DNA from: Octopus vulgaris
Taxonomy: Eukaryota
NCBI GenBank assembly: GCA_951406725.2
Contig: OX597814.1
Coordinates: 109,182,001-109,246,000 of the forward strand
Reading direction: 5' to 3'
Length of the DNA: 64,000 nt
Shown: piece by piece, positions 12,384 through 27,526 of the stretch
Layout of the letters: every line of letters begins with the position of its first letter
How positions within the stretch are numbered: position 1 is the stretch's first letter
Position numbers and translations under genes: made by a program
The notes under the pieces: model-generated
Told to the model about the DNA's origin: nothing
The model's database searches: none
The model's input: the letters and a program-made list of their open reading frames with translations, nothing else

Positions 12384-13432
12384 TATTTTCTTATCTTTTA
12401 TTTCACTTGTCTCAGTTATTTGACTGCAGCCATGCTGGAGCACAGCCTTTTAGTCGAACACATCGACTCCCAGGACTTATTCTTTGTAAGCTTGGTTTTT
12501 ATTCTATTGGTATCTTTTGCTGAACTGCTAAGTTACGGGAACATGCACACATCAACATCAGCTGTCAAGCCCCAGTGGCGGGAACAAACACAGACACAGA
12601 GACACACACATGCATACAAACACACACATATATAAATATATATACAATGGTTTCTTTCAGTTTCCGTCTACCAAATCCACTCACAAGGCTTTGGTCGGCC
12701 CAAGGCTATACAGTAGAAGACACTTGCCCAAGGTGACACACAATGGGACTGAACCCAAAACCATGTGATTGGGAAGCAAGCTTCTTACCACACAGCCATG
12801 CCTACACCTATTTAATAAATACAAAAGTTATACATGAGCTGTTTCAACTACCATGCTCAAAACATGTAGCATTCAGAAGAGCTTGTACAATGCATCATGT
12901 TGGATCCAGTAATCCTTCAGGCTCATGTCAAACACCACACTTTTCAAGCATAAAACTTGAAGTAGTTCACATGTAACACCTACACTTATTAAATAAGATT
13001 TCATTCTTGCTGAATTCCCAAGAATCTGTGTTTCTTGCAGGCAATGATTGTGACAATAATGGAAATATTCAAAGAAAGTTCAATTTTTGCATTACTGACA
13101 AACCCAAAGAAAATTTTAATTGACAAAAAACCCTGAGTTTTCCAAAGATGACATCATCCAAATAAATTTATACACCATAACATGTACTAAGCACTTTTTT
13201 TGGCATCATTGATCAAATAAAATATGTCAGCACTTGAAATATTTTTTGCTTTGTTTCAAATTTTGGCACAAGATCACTACCAGGATGATTTTTCATCTCC
13301 CTCTGATATATTCTGCTTTTGACACATCATGTCTATAAGAGATTTTATCTCAGACAAAAACTGTAGCATCTTGCCTGTGAATGGTGTATATGCATTAAGT
13401 ATGATACATAAATGGCTATCTCTCTCAATCGT

Positions 13433-13755
13433 GAAGGCACATGGCTTAATGGTTAGGGTATTTGGCTGATGATTGTAAGGACATCAGTTTGATAGCAGGT
13501 GGTGTGATGTATCCTTGAGCAAGATACTTAATTTCACATCACTCCAGTCAACTCTGCTGGCAAAAACTAGTAGTACCAGTAATTCAAAGGACCAGCCTTG
13601 TCACATTCTGTGTAATACTGAGTCTCTCTGAGAACTACATTAAGGGTATGCGTATCTGTGGAGCGCTCAGCCACTTGTATGTTAACTTCACGAGCTGGTT
13701 GTTCCATTGATCGGATAAACTGGGACTTTCGTCATCATAACCGATGGAGTGCCTG
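13433..13755 (+). mobile_element. Old tRNA-derived SINE (ccttgagcaaga core)
   Basis: tRNA-like head tggcttaatggttaggg; similar copies at ~48355-48590 (+) and ~3200-3390 (-). Confidence 0.6.
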
Positions 13756-13800
13756 TTGAGTTTCTCTCAATATAAATTCTTGGGAAGAAATGTTGCATAC

Positions 13801-14012
13801 CTTTGTCTCCATAATTTGGAAGAATCCTTTCGAAGAATTCTGGTGTTACTATATATAATCGAAGATGCTCTCTTCTGATCCAATACAAAGGAAGGAATTT
13901 CTAAATCTGACCTGCAAATACTATCAGTCTCTGGTCCATTAATATATAAAGTCACAGCAACTCTGTCGATTTCCTTTTGTAATTCTGTCTCTTTAAAAGT
14001 TTCTTCTTGTTC
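13801..14012 (-). CDS. HYDIN: HYDIN exon, EQEETFKETELQKEIDRVAVTLY...KLWRQ(R)
   Basis: CAG/GTATGC sites; 212 nt, phase 0/2; LQKEIDR resembles HYDIN LQMEVER; the phase-2 end fits the next exon. Confidence 0.85.
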
Positions 14013-14555
14013 CTGAATTTAGACAATGAAATAAAATCAAAAAAATTATCAAATTGAGAGAGACAAACAGACAGACATAGATGGCATGCATGTGTGTGTG
14101 TGTGTTTGTCCCACACCACCACTTTACAACCAGTGTTGGTGTGTTTATGTCCCTGTAAATTAGAGACTGATAGAATAAGTACCAGGCTGAGAAAAATATA
14201 AGTACTGAAGTTGATTTGTTTGACTAGAAAATCCTTCAAGGCAGTGCTCCAGCATGGCCACCATCTAATGACTGAAACAAATAAACAGTAAAAGATATGT
14301 GTGTATGATAGGGGGGAAGCTATTTGTGTCTTCTAGTTCAGTTCCATTAATGTAATCCCGCAGCCAAAAGTTTAATGAAGTAAAAAGCACAAGTCACTTA
14401 CAGCCCCTTACTTCTAACGGCTTTAATCAATCAATTAACCAAACGAAACTGCAGCCAAGTTGAAAAGCCTTTATCACGTGACCATCAGATTGGGTCACAT
14501 GTCATAGTCATACAAAACACATGCAACCACAATGACAGTAAAGGCATGTGGCTTA

Positions 14556-15295
14556 ACCCTTTCGTTATTGCATTTATTTAGAGACTAGCAGTATCGCCCG
14601 GCGTTGCTCAGGTTTGTAAAGGAAATAACTATAAAGCATTTTTAGAGAGTTATAGCCAAAAAACAGCAAAAAAATGGGAAAAAAATGATGGTAAATTTTT
14701 TTTTTAGTTAAAAAAGGTAGAGTTGCGTCCCCTAGACAGTTTGTGGTTCGTGTTTCTGATTGTCGACCCCATGTCGAATTTATCGATTTTTTTCAGAACT
14801 GGGGGAACTTTTCAAAATTTTCACTGCGTTAGTTTTGAATTATGGCATTGGGCTATGTGTGTGTCAAGTTTCATCAGAATCGGTTGAAAGCCGTGGTCAG
14901 GGTGAGGGTACAAGCAAACAGACACACAGAAACACGCACAGACAAACTGCCGTTTATATAGAGAGAGATGCCCTGTGTTTCTTTCAATTAATTTTAAATA
15001 TAACAACGAATTTAGTAAAATAATTTAGTTACCATTAAGCTAGTGTTAGGAACATAAATTGTGACTAAGGTTTGGTGGAAGATTTTAATTCAAAACTTTT
15101 GAAAACAAGACATTTGTACTACAGAGCTAGAGCTGGTTTCAAGCAGGTTGGTAACGAAAGGGTTAAGAATTGTTTCTCTATTATATATTTTGATCCTTTT
15201 GTTACCATATTTCTGTTAGCTAGTGTTAGGAACATAAATTGTGACTAAGATTTGATGGAAGATTTTAATTCAAAACTTATGAAAACAAGACTTCT
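14556..15295. mobile_element. piggyBac-type MITE pair, first unit interrupted by a Helitron
   Basis: TTAA-ccctttcgtta...ggtaacgaaaggg-TTAA, followed by a second truncated unit. Confidence 0.75.
14585..14968 (-). mobile_element. Non-autonomous Helitron
   Basis: Minus strand has 5'-TC, 3'-CTAG and a GC-rich hairpin just before the end; inserted between A and T with no TSD. Confidence 0.85.
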
Positions 15296-16072
15296 TTGAC
15301 CAGGGCTGGCAAGCTGGAAGGCTACACCAGACTCCAGTCTGATTTGGTATGGTTTCTATGTCTGGATGCCCTTTCTAACGCCAACCACTCTGAGAATATA
15401 ATGAGTGCTTTTACATGCCACAGCACGGGTGCCATTTGTGTGACACCGGTATCTGCCACAACTGTGATTTTGCTCGGCTTGATGGGTCTTCTTCTCAAGC
15501 ACAACATAATCCTTTCTATAATAGGCACAAGGCCTGAAATTTTGGGAGGGGGATAGTCAATTACATCGACCCCAATACTCAACTGGTACTTAATTTATCG
15601 ACCCCAAAAAAAATGAAAGGTAATGTCAACCTTGGCGCAATTTGAACTCAGAATATAGGTGACGGGCGAAATACTGCTAAGCATTTCGTCCAGTGTGCTA
15701 ACAATTCTGCCAGCTCGCCACTTTTCAAGCACAACATAATGCCAAAGGTCTTGGTCATTGCCTCTGTAAGGCCCAACACTTGAAAGGAGCTCAACCACTT
15801 TGCCTCTGTGAGGCCCAACGTTCCTGAACTAGAAGACACAAGTAGCTTCCCCCCTATCATACACACATATCTTTTACTGTTTATTTGTTTCAGTCATTAG
15901 ATGGTGGCCATGCTGGAGCACTGCCTCGAAGGATTTTCTAGTCAAACAAATCAACCTCAGTACTTGGTGCTTTATACGTGCCACAGCATGAATGCCAGTT
16001 AAACATAATTCTTAAACAATAATATTTTTTAAATGACAAAAAAAAACTATAAAAAAAAGGAAACACTCCTAC

Positions 16073-16372
16073 CTCTACATTGTTAACTTCATCTTTTTCA
16101 TTCTCTGCCTTTGGTTCCATTGGAACATTGCTAGAAGCAGCCTCTTTACTGAGATGGACTTTTGCAGCCTTCAACGATTTTTTATAAAGTGAATCGTGTT
16201 TGTGTCTGGGTAAGTTGAGAAGCAAATGAGGGAAAATGCCATTGCCAATGAGTGTTATTGTCTCTGGTTTGAAATGGTTCACTTGAATGCTGAAACTGGA
16301 ATTGAACTTGACAGGAAAACCAGGAAGATATTTGACCATGAGAACCTGACTGTCTCCAGATTTTATATGACC
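16073..16372 (-). CDS. HYDIN: HYDIN exon, GHIKSGDSQVLMVKYLPGFPVKF...GIFPHLLLNLPR...NNVE
   Basis: TAG/GTAGGA sites; 300 nt, phase 0/0; YLPG.P..F and G.GIFP...L.LPR motifs. Confidence 0.93.
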
Positions 16373-18054
16373 CTAGGAGAGGTAAAGAAAAAAAACAATT
16401 AATTGCAAACATAAAATAAAATGCAAACATAATTAATTGCAAACATAAAATAAAATGAAGGTTGTTTAGAATCAAAGTGAAATTAAAAGGAAAGAAAGAA
16501 CAAATCAAAATGATAGAATCAAATATAATAAGGTTTGCATACTGGTCTCTTTCATTTCATATACTCTTAGACACACACACACATACAAACACACGGTATT
16601 CTCATCCCAAATGGAGACAAGTGTCAACATTTCCATGCGGCATGCTTAAACAATTGTGAAGATCTCTTCACATGAAACCATTGGTTGCCTTGTTAACCCA
16701 CAAATAAAGTAAAGTATATAGGTACAAATGTGGCTGTGTGGTAAGAAGCTTGCTTCCAAACCATGATTCCAGGTTCAGTCCAACTGTGTGGTTGCTTGGC
16801 CAAGCGCCTTCTACTATTGCCTTAGGCCAACCAAAGCCTTGTGAGTGAAATTGGTAGACAGAAAAACACTTTTCGTGTGCGTGTGTGTCTTTGTGCCAGT
16901 GTTTGTCCTCCACCACTGCTTGACAACCAGTGTTGGTGTGTTTACGTGCCTGTAACTTAGCAGTTCAGCAAATGTGACCGATAGAGTAAGTATGTGCCTT
17001 AATAAAAATAAAATAAGTACTGGGGTCGATTCATTTGACTAAAAATTCTTCAAGCTGGTGCCCCAGCATGGCCACAGTCTAATGACCAAAACAAGTATAA
17101 AATGAAAGATACACACACACACACATAAACATGTTAAATTGAGGTTATGCGGATGCAAATGTGGAATGAGGCTAGTTGTAATATTGTGTCTCAGAGAAAC
17201 TTCTCAAGGAGAATTGCATGAAGCCCTATTCCTTCTTTAATGCCCAAGCCTCTTTGAGCAGTCTCGCTGGGACACAATATTACAGCTGGCACCGTCTCAT
17301 GTTTGTATATACATTATAAAGATCATACACACTAGTATTTTAATCCAACACAGTTTCAAGTGCACTCACCCACCTACCTACATGCATACATATATATGCA
17401 TATATATGAGTACAGGACGTCACCACCTGTGTAAACAATATTAAATATGAAAAGAAATGAGTTAAATGCGCAAACAAGAGAAAAAAAGGGAAAACAGGAC
17501 AAGTAAACACAGAGAATGACACTTCATCAGTTATTGGCTGTCTATCTACTCCTCATTTGGAGCATTCAATGACAATATGAGTCTTCAAAGACAGTCGATC
17601 CCATAAATTCTAAAATAAGATTTAGGATTTCTGGAGGGTCAAAGTTGGAAAGAAAAACAGGACAGTGGAGACACACAAGGAAACCAAACGGAAACAAACA
17701 TGGAAGGTCGTTAGACCAGAACAAGAGGAAAATATTGAACGCTGGGGGAAATATTTTCTTTGAAAAGACAAAAGATAGAAGATAGAGAAAGAAAATGTCC
17801 TGTCTTTTGAACGTTTATGCAGGAAAAGAAAGATGGTGATATGAGGAAAAGAAAGATGGATGATGGTCATGTTGAAATTCATAGAAAAACAAAAGACGAA
17901 GACAGCTGTATGAACAACAAGTAACTGTATTAGTTTGACGCTTGGGAAAACAAAAGTTTTTAACATTTCGAGCCTTTGTTCCTCAACAGAAAGGAATAAG
18001 AAGAAATAAAGTGAGGGAGAATGAAAAAAACTTGTATATTTCGGCGGCCCAGCA

Positions 18055-18086
<32 letters not shown>

Positions 18087-18149
18087 CACACATATATACA
18101 CATATATATATATATACACACATATATATACACACACATATATATATAC

Positions 18150-18180
<31 letters not shown>

Positions 18181-18207
18181 CATATACATATATATACATA
18201 TACATAT

Positions 18208-18254
<47 letters not shown>

Positions 18255-19648
18255 CATATATATATATACATATACATATATACATATACATATATATATA
18301 TACATATACATATATATATATACATATACATATATCATCATCATCATCGTTTAACGTCCGTTTTCCATGCTAGCATAGGTTGGACGGTTTGACCAGGGTC
18401 TGGGAAGCCAGGAGGCTGCACTAGGCTGCAGTCTGATCTGGCAGTGTTTCTACAGCTGGATGCCCTTCCTAACGCCAACCACTCCGTGAGTGTAGTGGGT
18501 GCTTTTTATGTGCCACCGGCACATGGACCAGAGGTGGCTGGCAAATGGCCACGATCAGTTGGTGCTTTTACGTGTCACCAACACGGACGCCAGTCAGGAG
18601 GCGCTAGCATCTGCCATGTTCGGACGGTGCTTTTAATGTGTCACCAGCACGGGTATCTTAACTACAATTTCCATTTGATTTTCATTTTGATGTTGGTGTT
18701 AACGCACTTGGCTCAATAGGTCTCCTCAAGAACAGCGGGATATATATATATATATATGAAGTTGCATATATATATATATATATATATATACATATGTATA
18801 TATATATACATATACATATATATACATATATATACATATATATATACATATATATATTGTTGTGGGTTCAGCTTAAGGACAGTTGGCTGTGACCTACTTT
18901 GGAATATATCCATTGTCCTGTCAGATTCAGGTGGATTGATTGGTTCTGGGTAGACCTGCGACCCCTTTCGGGTGAACTAAAGTTCGTTCTAAACACCCCT
19001 TAAAGAAGGAAGAATCTAGTGACAGTGAAGAAGAGGAAGAAGAAAGTAGTGAGGAAGACAGATTAAGGAACTTGAGAGCTGGTAGAGAGAGTGACAGTGA
19101 CAGCATCGATGAGGACAGGCACATAGGACCAAGCGGCGATAGAGAGAGTATTAGAGCAGAGAGAGATAGAGCAGAGAGACATTGTGTACAGAGTTGTTGA
19201 AGAGAGAACTGTGTAATGAACATTGAACTGTATAGGCCTTTAATGTCCTTTGAACTGTAACTTTAATGTGTTTTGAAACAGAACTGTTGTCTCCAGACGT
19301 GTACTCTTGAAATGCTGTTGTTATTGCATTTGATGTGTTGTTACCGGGACAGTTTAAATGCTGTGATGTGTTGATTCTGTTACTTGCTTATATTTACCTG
19401 TTGTATACCTGTTTCTTGCATGTGTTATCTTTAAATGTACTTGATGTTGTAATAGTCATATAAACTAGTTGTTAAACGTAGCCAATTGCCTTCCGCTGTA
19501 TCTCTGTGTCTCTTCTTCCTGCTGCTGTTGTTGTCATTGTGTCTCTCTCTCCTCTCCGAGTTTCCGTGGCGAACATTCGCTGATCGAACGGGCCTGTGGG
19601 AGGGATTCCGTAACAGCTTTCGTTCTTCGGAGGTCCCCTCGTAACAAT

Positions 19649-19666
19649 TGGTGTCAGAAGTGGGAT
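19649..19666 (+). other. Primer-binding site complementary to the tRNA-Leu 3' end
   Basis: TGGTGTCAGAAGTGGGAT, 2 nt after the LTR-terminal CA. Confidence 0.85.
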
Positions 19667-21335
19667 TTTCCTGATTGCTGCGCTCGATCGGCTTTTCGCT
19701 ATGGATTCGTCTGGTGGTCAGACTGGGAAGGAGGAGATTTCGCTTGCCTTGATTACAGAGATGTTGAGGGGCCAGATGACGCAGACAAACACATTCTTGG
19801 AAAGGATGGACAAGAGGCGACAGGGCCTGTGGGCAGATCGGGAAGAGCTAGAGGTTATGGATGGGTCAGCTTTGGAGGATCGGTGTCGGACCGGGGATAG
19901 CGACTGTCCTGTGGGCGGAGATTGCCCGTCAAATGAAGCATCAAGTGAAATAGATAATGAAGGAAGTGTTGCGGAACCTGGGTTGGTTGCCGAAATTTGT
20001 GATGCTGGACCGGAAGTGGTTACGGAAACTGAAGCGTATGTTGCTGAGACCGATGTTAAGAAAACCGAAAAGCCTGCTGCGTGTGTGATGGCTGATGCTG
20101 TTGTCCCATATCTGGAGCCCTTGGCGTCTCGACCCCTCTCTCTCAAAGCTCAGGACGAAGAGCTGGCGAAGTCTGCAGCAGATATCGCTGAATCGGAGGA
20201 GCCGGCTCTATGTGTGATGGTCGCTGCGGTTGTTGTGCCGTGTGTGAGTCCTTTGGTGTCTGGGCCCCTGTCTCTCGGGGCTCAGAAGGACTGTATGGTT
20301 CCCACTGTGGAGAGGCCACAGGCGTGGATGGACTGGCGGCCAAGCGTACGTTTTGTGAAGCCTTCGGTGCAGAAGCTGGTGAGGAAGAGGACCAGGCCTG
20401 GTGACGAGGCGAGACGACTGCGAACGGTGGTAGGTCTACCAAGACCAGGAAGACTGCTTCAGTGTTGGGTGAGCTGTGTGGTTGATGGCTGCTTGGGGCC
20501 GGTGGAGCCCGACAGGCAGTGCATAGCAAAAGCTCAATTGAGGGTCGGGTGGACCCTAGTAGAAGCAGAAGCTGGCAGAGCGCTGGCTGGGTCAGCCGAT
20601 CTTTTGGAAGTGGCACAGGCGATTTGTAGAGGGCAAATCAAGGAATCGTGCCAGATGGCGAACCAGTGGCGGGGCCAGTTCTGCCGATATGGCAACGCAG
20701 TTGAAGGAGATGGTGGCCCACTGATGCAGTTGCGGAAGCAGTCCGCAAGGAGTCGCTGGTGCTTAGTTGGCACTCAGATGTTGGTGAAAAGTGCAGGACG
20801 TTGGTCGCGAGGGGTGTCGGATGTTGGCCGCACAAACCTGGGAGAGTGCTTCATCAACCAAGGCGGTCGTCGCTTGATGAAGTAGCAAGGCCGGAGCAAA
20901 GTCCCAGTACGGCAGCGAGGGAGGAGATATCGGCGACAGGGAAAAGTGGAAAAGCGGAATGGTCCCTGGTCGTCGGCGATAGTTGCGCGGAATGGAGACG
21001 GCACAGCAAGATGCTACGTGGGGTATAGAGCCCTGAGGAAGGTGGCCACTGTGAAGGATTGGTCGGACCCTGCCTGTGTGAGGGATTTGAGGAACTTCCT
21101 CGGACGGTGCGCCTATTGTAGGCGGCTCGTAGGAGGCCTGGCGGCCTTGGCAGAGGTGTTACCCAAGGCGCAGAGGGAAGATGCCAACCTGTGGCCAGTG
21201 GTGAAGTGGTGGCTGTGGGAGGTGAGAACCCCGGAGGAGAAACCACCCAACGGGACCTCCAGTTCCTGGAACATCTGCTGGAGCTTGCCCTCAGAGGTAT
21301 GGGTTTGTTGTGCTTTTGTCGGGTCGACAAAGCTT

Positions 21336-21348
21336 AGGTAGGGGGTAG
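21336..21348 (+). other. Polypurine tract
   Basis: AGGTAGGGGGTAG immediately before the TG of the 3' LTR. Confidence 0.8.
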
Positions 21349-22736
21349 TGTTGTGGGTTCAGCTTAAGGACAGTTGGCTGTGACCTACTTTGGAATATAT
21401 CCATTGTCCTGTCAGATTCAGGTGGATTGATTGGTTCTGGGTAGACCTGCGACCCCTTTTGGGTGAACTAAAGTTCGTTCTAAACACCCCTTAAAGAAGG
21501 AAGAATCTAGTGACAGTGAAGAAGAGGAAGAAGAAAGTAGTGAGGAAAACAGATTAAGGAATCTGAGAGCTGGTAGAGAGAGTGACAGTGACAGCGTCAA
21601 TGAGGACAGGCACATAGGACCAAGATAGAGAGAGTATTAGAGCAGAGAGAGATTGAGGGTAGTGACAGAGCAAGAGGTTTTGGCGGTCGGTTTTTGGAAG
21701 TCAAGGCAAGCGGTTGGATTTAGCGGCCAGGATTTGGTATTCAGGGCAAGCAGGTTAGCAAGTTGGATTTAGCGGTGCTGAGAGAGATGAGGTACAATAT
21801 GAGACATTGGCTATTATAGTAGGAACTAAGGTACGTGAATTGTGTATTGATATGTGAAGAAAAAGAAGGAAAAAGAATCGATGTATTGAAATGTAAAAGA
21901 AATGAGACAGTAAAAAAAGAACAATGTGAACTGTGTAAAGACATTGTGTACAGAGTTGTTGAAGAGAGAACTGTGTAATGAACATTGAACTGTATAGGCC
22001 TTTAATGTCCTTTGAACTGTAACTTTAATGTGATTTGAAACAGAACTGTTGTCTCCGGACGTGTACTCTTGAAATGCTGTTGTTATTGCATTTGATGTGT
22101 TGTTACCTGCATGTTTAAATGCTTTGATCTGTGGTATACGTGTATGATGTATTGAGTTGTTGTTTAATTCGACGTATCCTCTTTAGATGTATTTTACATT
22201 GTATTTGATGTTGTAATAGTCATATAAACTAGTACATTAAATGTGAGCCAATTGCCTTCTTTGTGTCTATCTCGGTTGCCTCTGTGTGTCTCCTCTTGCG
22301 GCTGCTGTTGTTGTTGTTGTCGTTATCTCTCTCCTCTCCGAATTTCCGTGGCGAGCTCTCGCCGAGCGACCGAGCGACGGCAGGTGGGATTCCGTAACAA
22401 TATATATAAATATACATATATATATATATATACATATATATAAATATACATATATATACATATATATATATAAATATACATATATATATATAAATATACA
22501 TATATATATATAAATATACATATATATACATATATATATATAAATATACATATATATACATATATATATATAAATATACATATATATACATATATATATA
22601 TATACATATATATACATATAATATATATATACATATACATATATATACATATATATATATATACATATATATATATACATATACATATATATACATACAT
22701 ATATATATATATACATATATATACATATATATATAC

Positions 22737-22767
<31 letters not shown>

Positions 22768-22768
22768 C

Positions 22769-22826
<58 letters not shown>

Positions 22827-23597
22827 TCATCATCATCATCATCATCATCGTTTAACATCCGTTTTCCGCGCTAGCACGGGTTGGACGGTTTCGACCGGGG
22901 TCTGGGGAGCTCGGGACTGACCCAGGCTCCAGTCTAGTCTGGCAGTGTTTCTACAGCTGGATGCCCTTCCTAACGCCAACCACTCCGCGAGTGTAGTGGG
23001 TGTTTTTTACGTGCCACCTGCACAGGTGCCAGAGGGGTCTGGCATCGGCCACGTTCGGATGGTGCTTTTTATTGGGGGGGGGTGCAGAAATATAGGGGCG
23101 CACCAGTGGGAGGGGTGGTTCAGAGGACAGGTACTAGGCAAGTAGAACGTAGGATATCGAGAGAGGGGTAATGCATGGTGAAATAGCGTATTGAAGAGGG
23201 GGGTTCAAAGAGTAGACACCTATAATGGTGGTGGGGGTGCAGAAATATAGGGGAGCACCAGTGGGAGGGGTGGTTCAGAGGACAGGTTCTAGGCAAGTAG
23301 AACGTAGGATATCGAGAGAGGGGTAATGCATGGTGAAATAGCGTATTGAAGAGGGGGTTCAAAGAGTAGACACCTATAATGGTGGTGGGGGTGCAGAAAT
23401 ATAGGGGAGCACCAGTGGGAGGGGTGGTTCAGAGGACAGGTTCTAGGCAAGTAGAACGTAGGATATCGAGAGAGGGGTAATGCATGGTGAAATAGCGTAT
23501 TGAAGAGGGGGTTCAAAGAGTAGACACCTATAATGGTGGTGGGGGTGCAGAAATATAGGGGAGCACCAGTGGGAGGGGTGGTTCAGAGGACAGGTTC

Positions 23598-25330
<1,733 letters not shown>

Positions 25331-25822
25331 TATAAGAAAAAGGGACAGGCAAAACAGGTTGCTTGACCGCATACCGAAAAAATAGAAATAGCAGTCAAGA
25401 ATGCTTATTTCTATCAAAGTTGGACTCCGGGCATGACAGACCCTGTAATTCACATATTCCCTTTTTCTTATATACAATATATATACTGAACTTTACAGAA
25501 GTTCCTGCCGGTAATCGGCTATATTTACATACCGAATTCTACCAGTAAATAATTGGGGTTTTTTTAAAAGCCTTTATAGAAATTATTTACTCTTATCTAT
25601 ATATACATATATATATACATATACATATGTGAGCAATCATCTAAAAGTTTTTGTGCATTTTGATGTTGACATAAGTTCCTGCTTTTCTTGATGAGAAAGC
25701 GGCATAATGTACTCCTTATTCCTTCACAATTAGGAATATGCAGCCTTCGAAACATATGTTGAAAATAAAGGAATTTTGTTAATTCGTCGTTCAGCTCCAT
25801 TCTTTCATATATTTATATTTTT

Positions 25823-25876
<54 letters not shown>

Positions 25877-26059
25877 AAAAATATAAATATATGAAAGAAT
25901 GGAGCTGAACGACGAATTAACAAAATTCCTTTATTTTCGACATATGTTTTGAAGGCTGCATATTCCTAATTGCGAAGGAATAAGGAGTACATTATGCCGC
26001 TTTCTCATCAAGAAAAGCAAGGAACTTATGTCAACATCAAAATGCACAAAAACTTTTAG

Positions 26060-26812
26060 ATGATTGCTCACACGGAGCCCATAACATACAATAATAATAA
26101 TAATAGAAATAGTATTGATATTACCAAAATTCATAGCAGCATTGGCGTTAACAATAGTAATAATGATAATAACATTAGCCAGATTATTAACAATGGTGGT
26201 GTTAGTGGTAATAGTAACAGCATTTCTAATAACAGTTGTATTATTGATGATAACAATCACAGCATTCCTATAGTCAGAGAAATTGCCGACGATATTACAA
26301 TTAATAGTAATGATAATAAGATGAATAGTATTGTGGCCAATGCTAGCAACAATATTTACACCTATCATAACAATAAAAACTCTGTCTTAGTATCAGAAGT
26401 TAACCCCAACAGATTAAAGTTCTTATCCAAAAATTCCAAAATTAGAAACACCATTTACCAGTGCAAAATTTCTTCTGGAACCGATGTCTTCTTCTACATT
26501 GGAGCAACTTCTTCTAAATTATCCCAAAGGATCTCCAATCATTATTCAACTTTCCGAGATAAGAGAAAACAACACAGCACGGGACTAAGTAAATTAGTTT
26601 GGCGTCTGAAAGACAGCAATACAACTTTCAAGCTGGAATGGTCCATATTATCGGTGTCCTTTCCGTTTGATAAGGGCAGAAAACTTTGTGGCATCTGTAA
26701 TTCCGAACTTTTTCATATTTTGTTCGCCAAAGTCCCTTTAATAAATACAATCGTCGAGAGGTCCTACAGGTGCATGCACTGGCAAAAACACACCTTTCAC
26801 TCATATGAATAA
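26060..26812 (+). pseudogene. GIY-YIG endonuclease domain of the PLE; RT portion lost
   Basis: IY...YIG motif, conserved Arg, C-terminal CxxC and CxH; preceded by an Asn-rich low-complexity stretch. Confidence 0.85.
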
Positions 26813-27398
26813 TGCTTAATATAGATAACCCCTTGAATTTTAATTAATATAACTTCTTTTTTTATATGTCACCCCCATAGTCATAAAAAATTTTTTTATA
26901 CTTTCAAAGAACTACTACCCAATCCAGTGAGGTATGTGTTGCCTTAGTCCCCCTACCTCACCCTCCTCTTTCTCTCTCTATTTCCCTCTTTCTATAGTAA
27001 GCACAATCAAACACACAGACAGAAACCTCTCACCTCACCACTGTCTGTTTTCTGACATCTACCCATCCACATACATAATCACACACACATACACACACAC
27101 ACATTAATGCAGTTATATACAGTCACACACACAGGCACTCATTCACAAAAGAAATTAACAAAATCCACCATTCATATGACCTGCACCCTTTCACCTTCCT
27201 ATTCTTATGCCTCTCTCCTCCAACTTCGTTTGAACCCTTGAACCTTTAGAACCTTCTATAGTCTTCTACATCCAACCATTTTGACGTCACTCCTTATAAA
27301 GGAATATTTTAAAGAGACACTCATTATCACCATGGGCTCCGTGTGAGCAATCATCTAAAAGTTTTTTGTGCATTTTGATGTTGACATAAGTTCCTTGC

Positions 27399-27481
27399 TT
27401 TTCCTGATGAGAAAGCGGCATAATGTACTCCTTATTCCTTCGCAATTAGGAATATGCAGCCTTTGAAACATATGTCGAAAA
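27399..27481 (+). ncRNA. Type-I hammerhead ribozyme fold in the PLE pseudo-LTR, canonical core
   Basis: TTTTC-CTGATGA-(~54-nt stem II)-GAAAC-ATAT-GTC-GAAAA; stem I extends as ttcctt/aaggaa. Copies at ~25683-25765 (+) and ~25935-26015 (-) carry TTGATGA. Confidence 0.8.
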
Positions 27482-27526
27482 TAAAGGAATTTTGTTAATT
27501 CGTCGTTCAGCTCCATTCTTTCATAT

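Larger units (their letters stand above)
18858..22399 (+). mobile_element. Non-autonomous, internally deleted Ty3/Gypsy LTR retrotransposon
   Basis: LTRs TG..CA at 18858-19646 and 21349-22399; ATAT TSD; PBS and PPT present; ORF 19701..20885 plus pol relics (DVGRTNL; PWSSAIV..DG..RCYVGYRAL; LRNFLG.CAY.RR). Confidence 0.92.

Noticed and set aside
19701-21341. GC-rich ORF-dense island suggesting bacterial DNA or a host gene
   Set aside because: It is bounded by LTRs, PBS and PPT and contains Gypsy pol relics.
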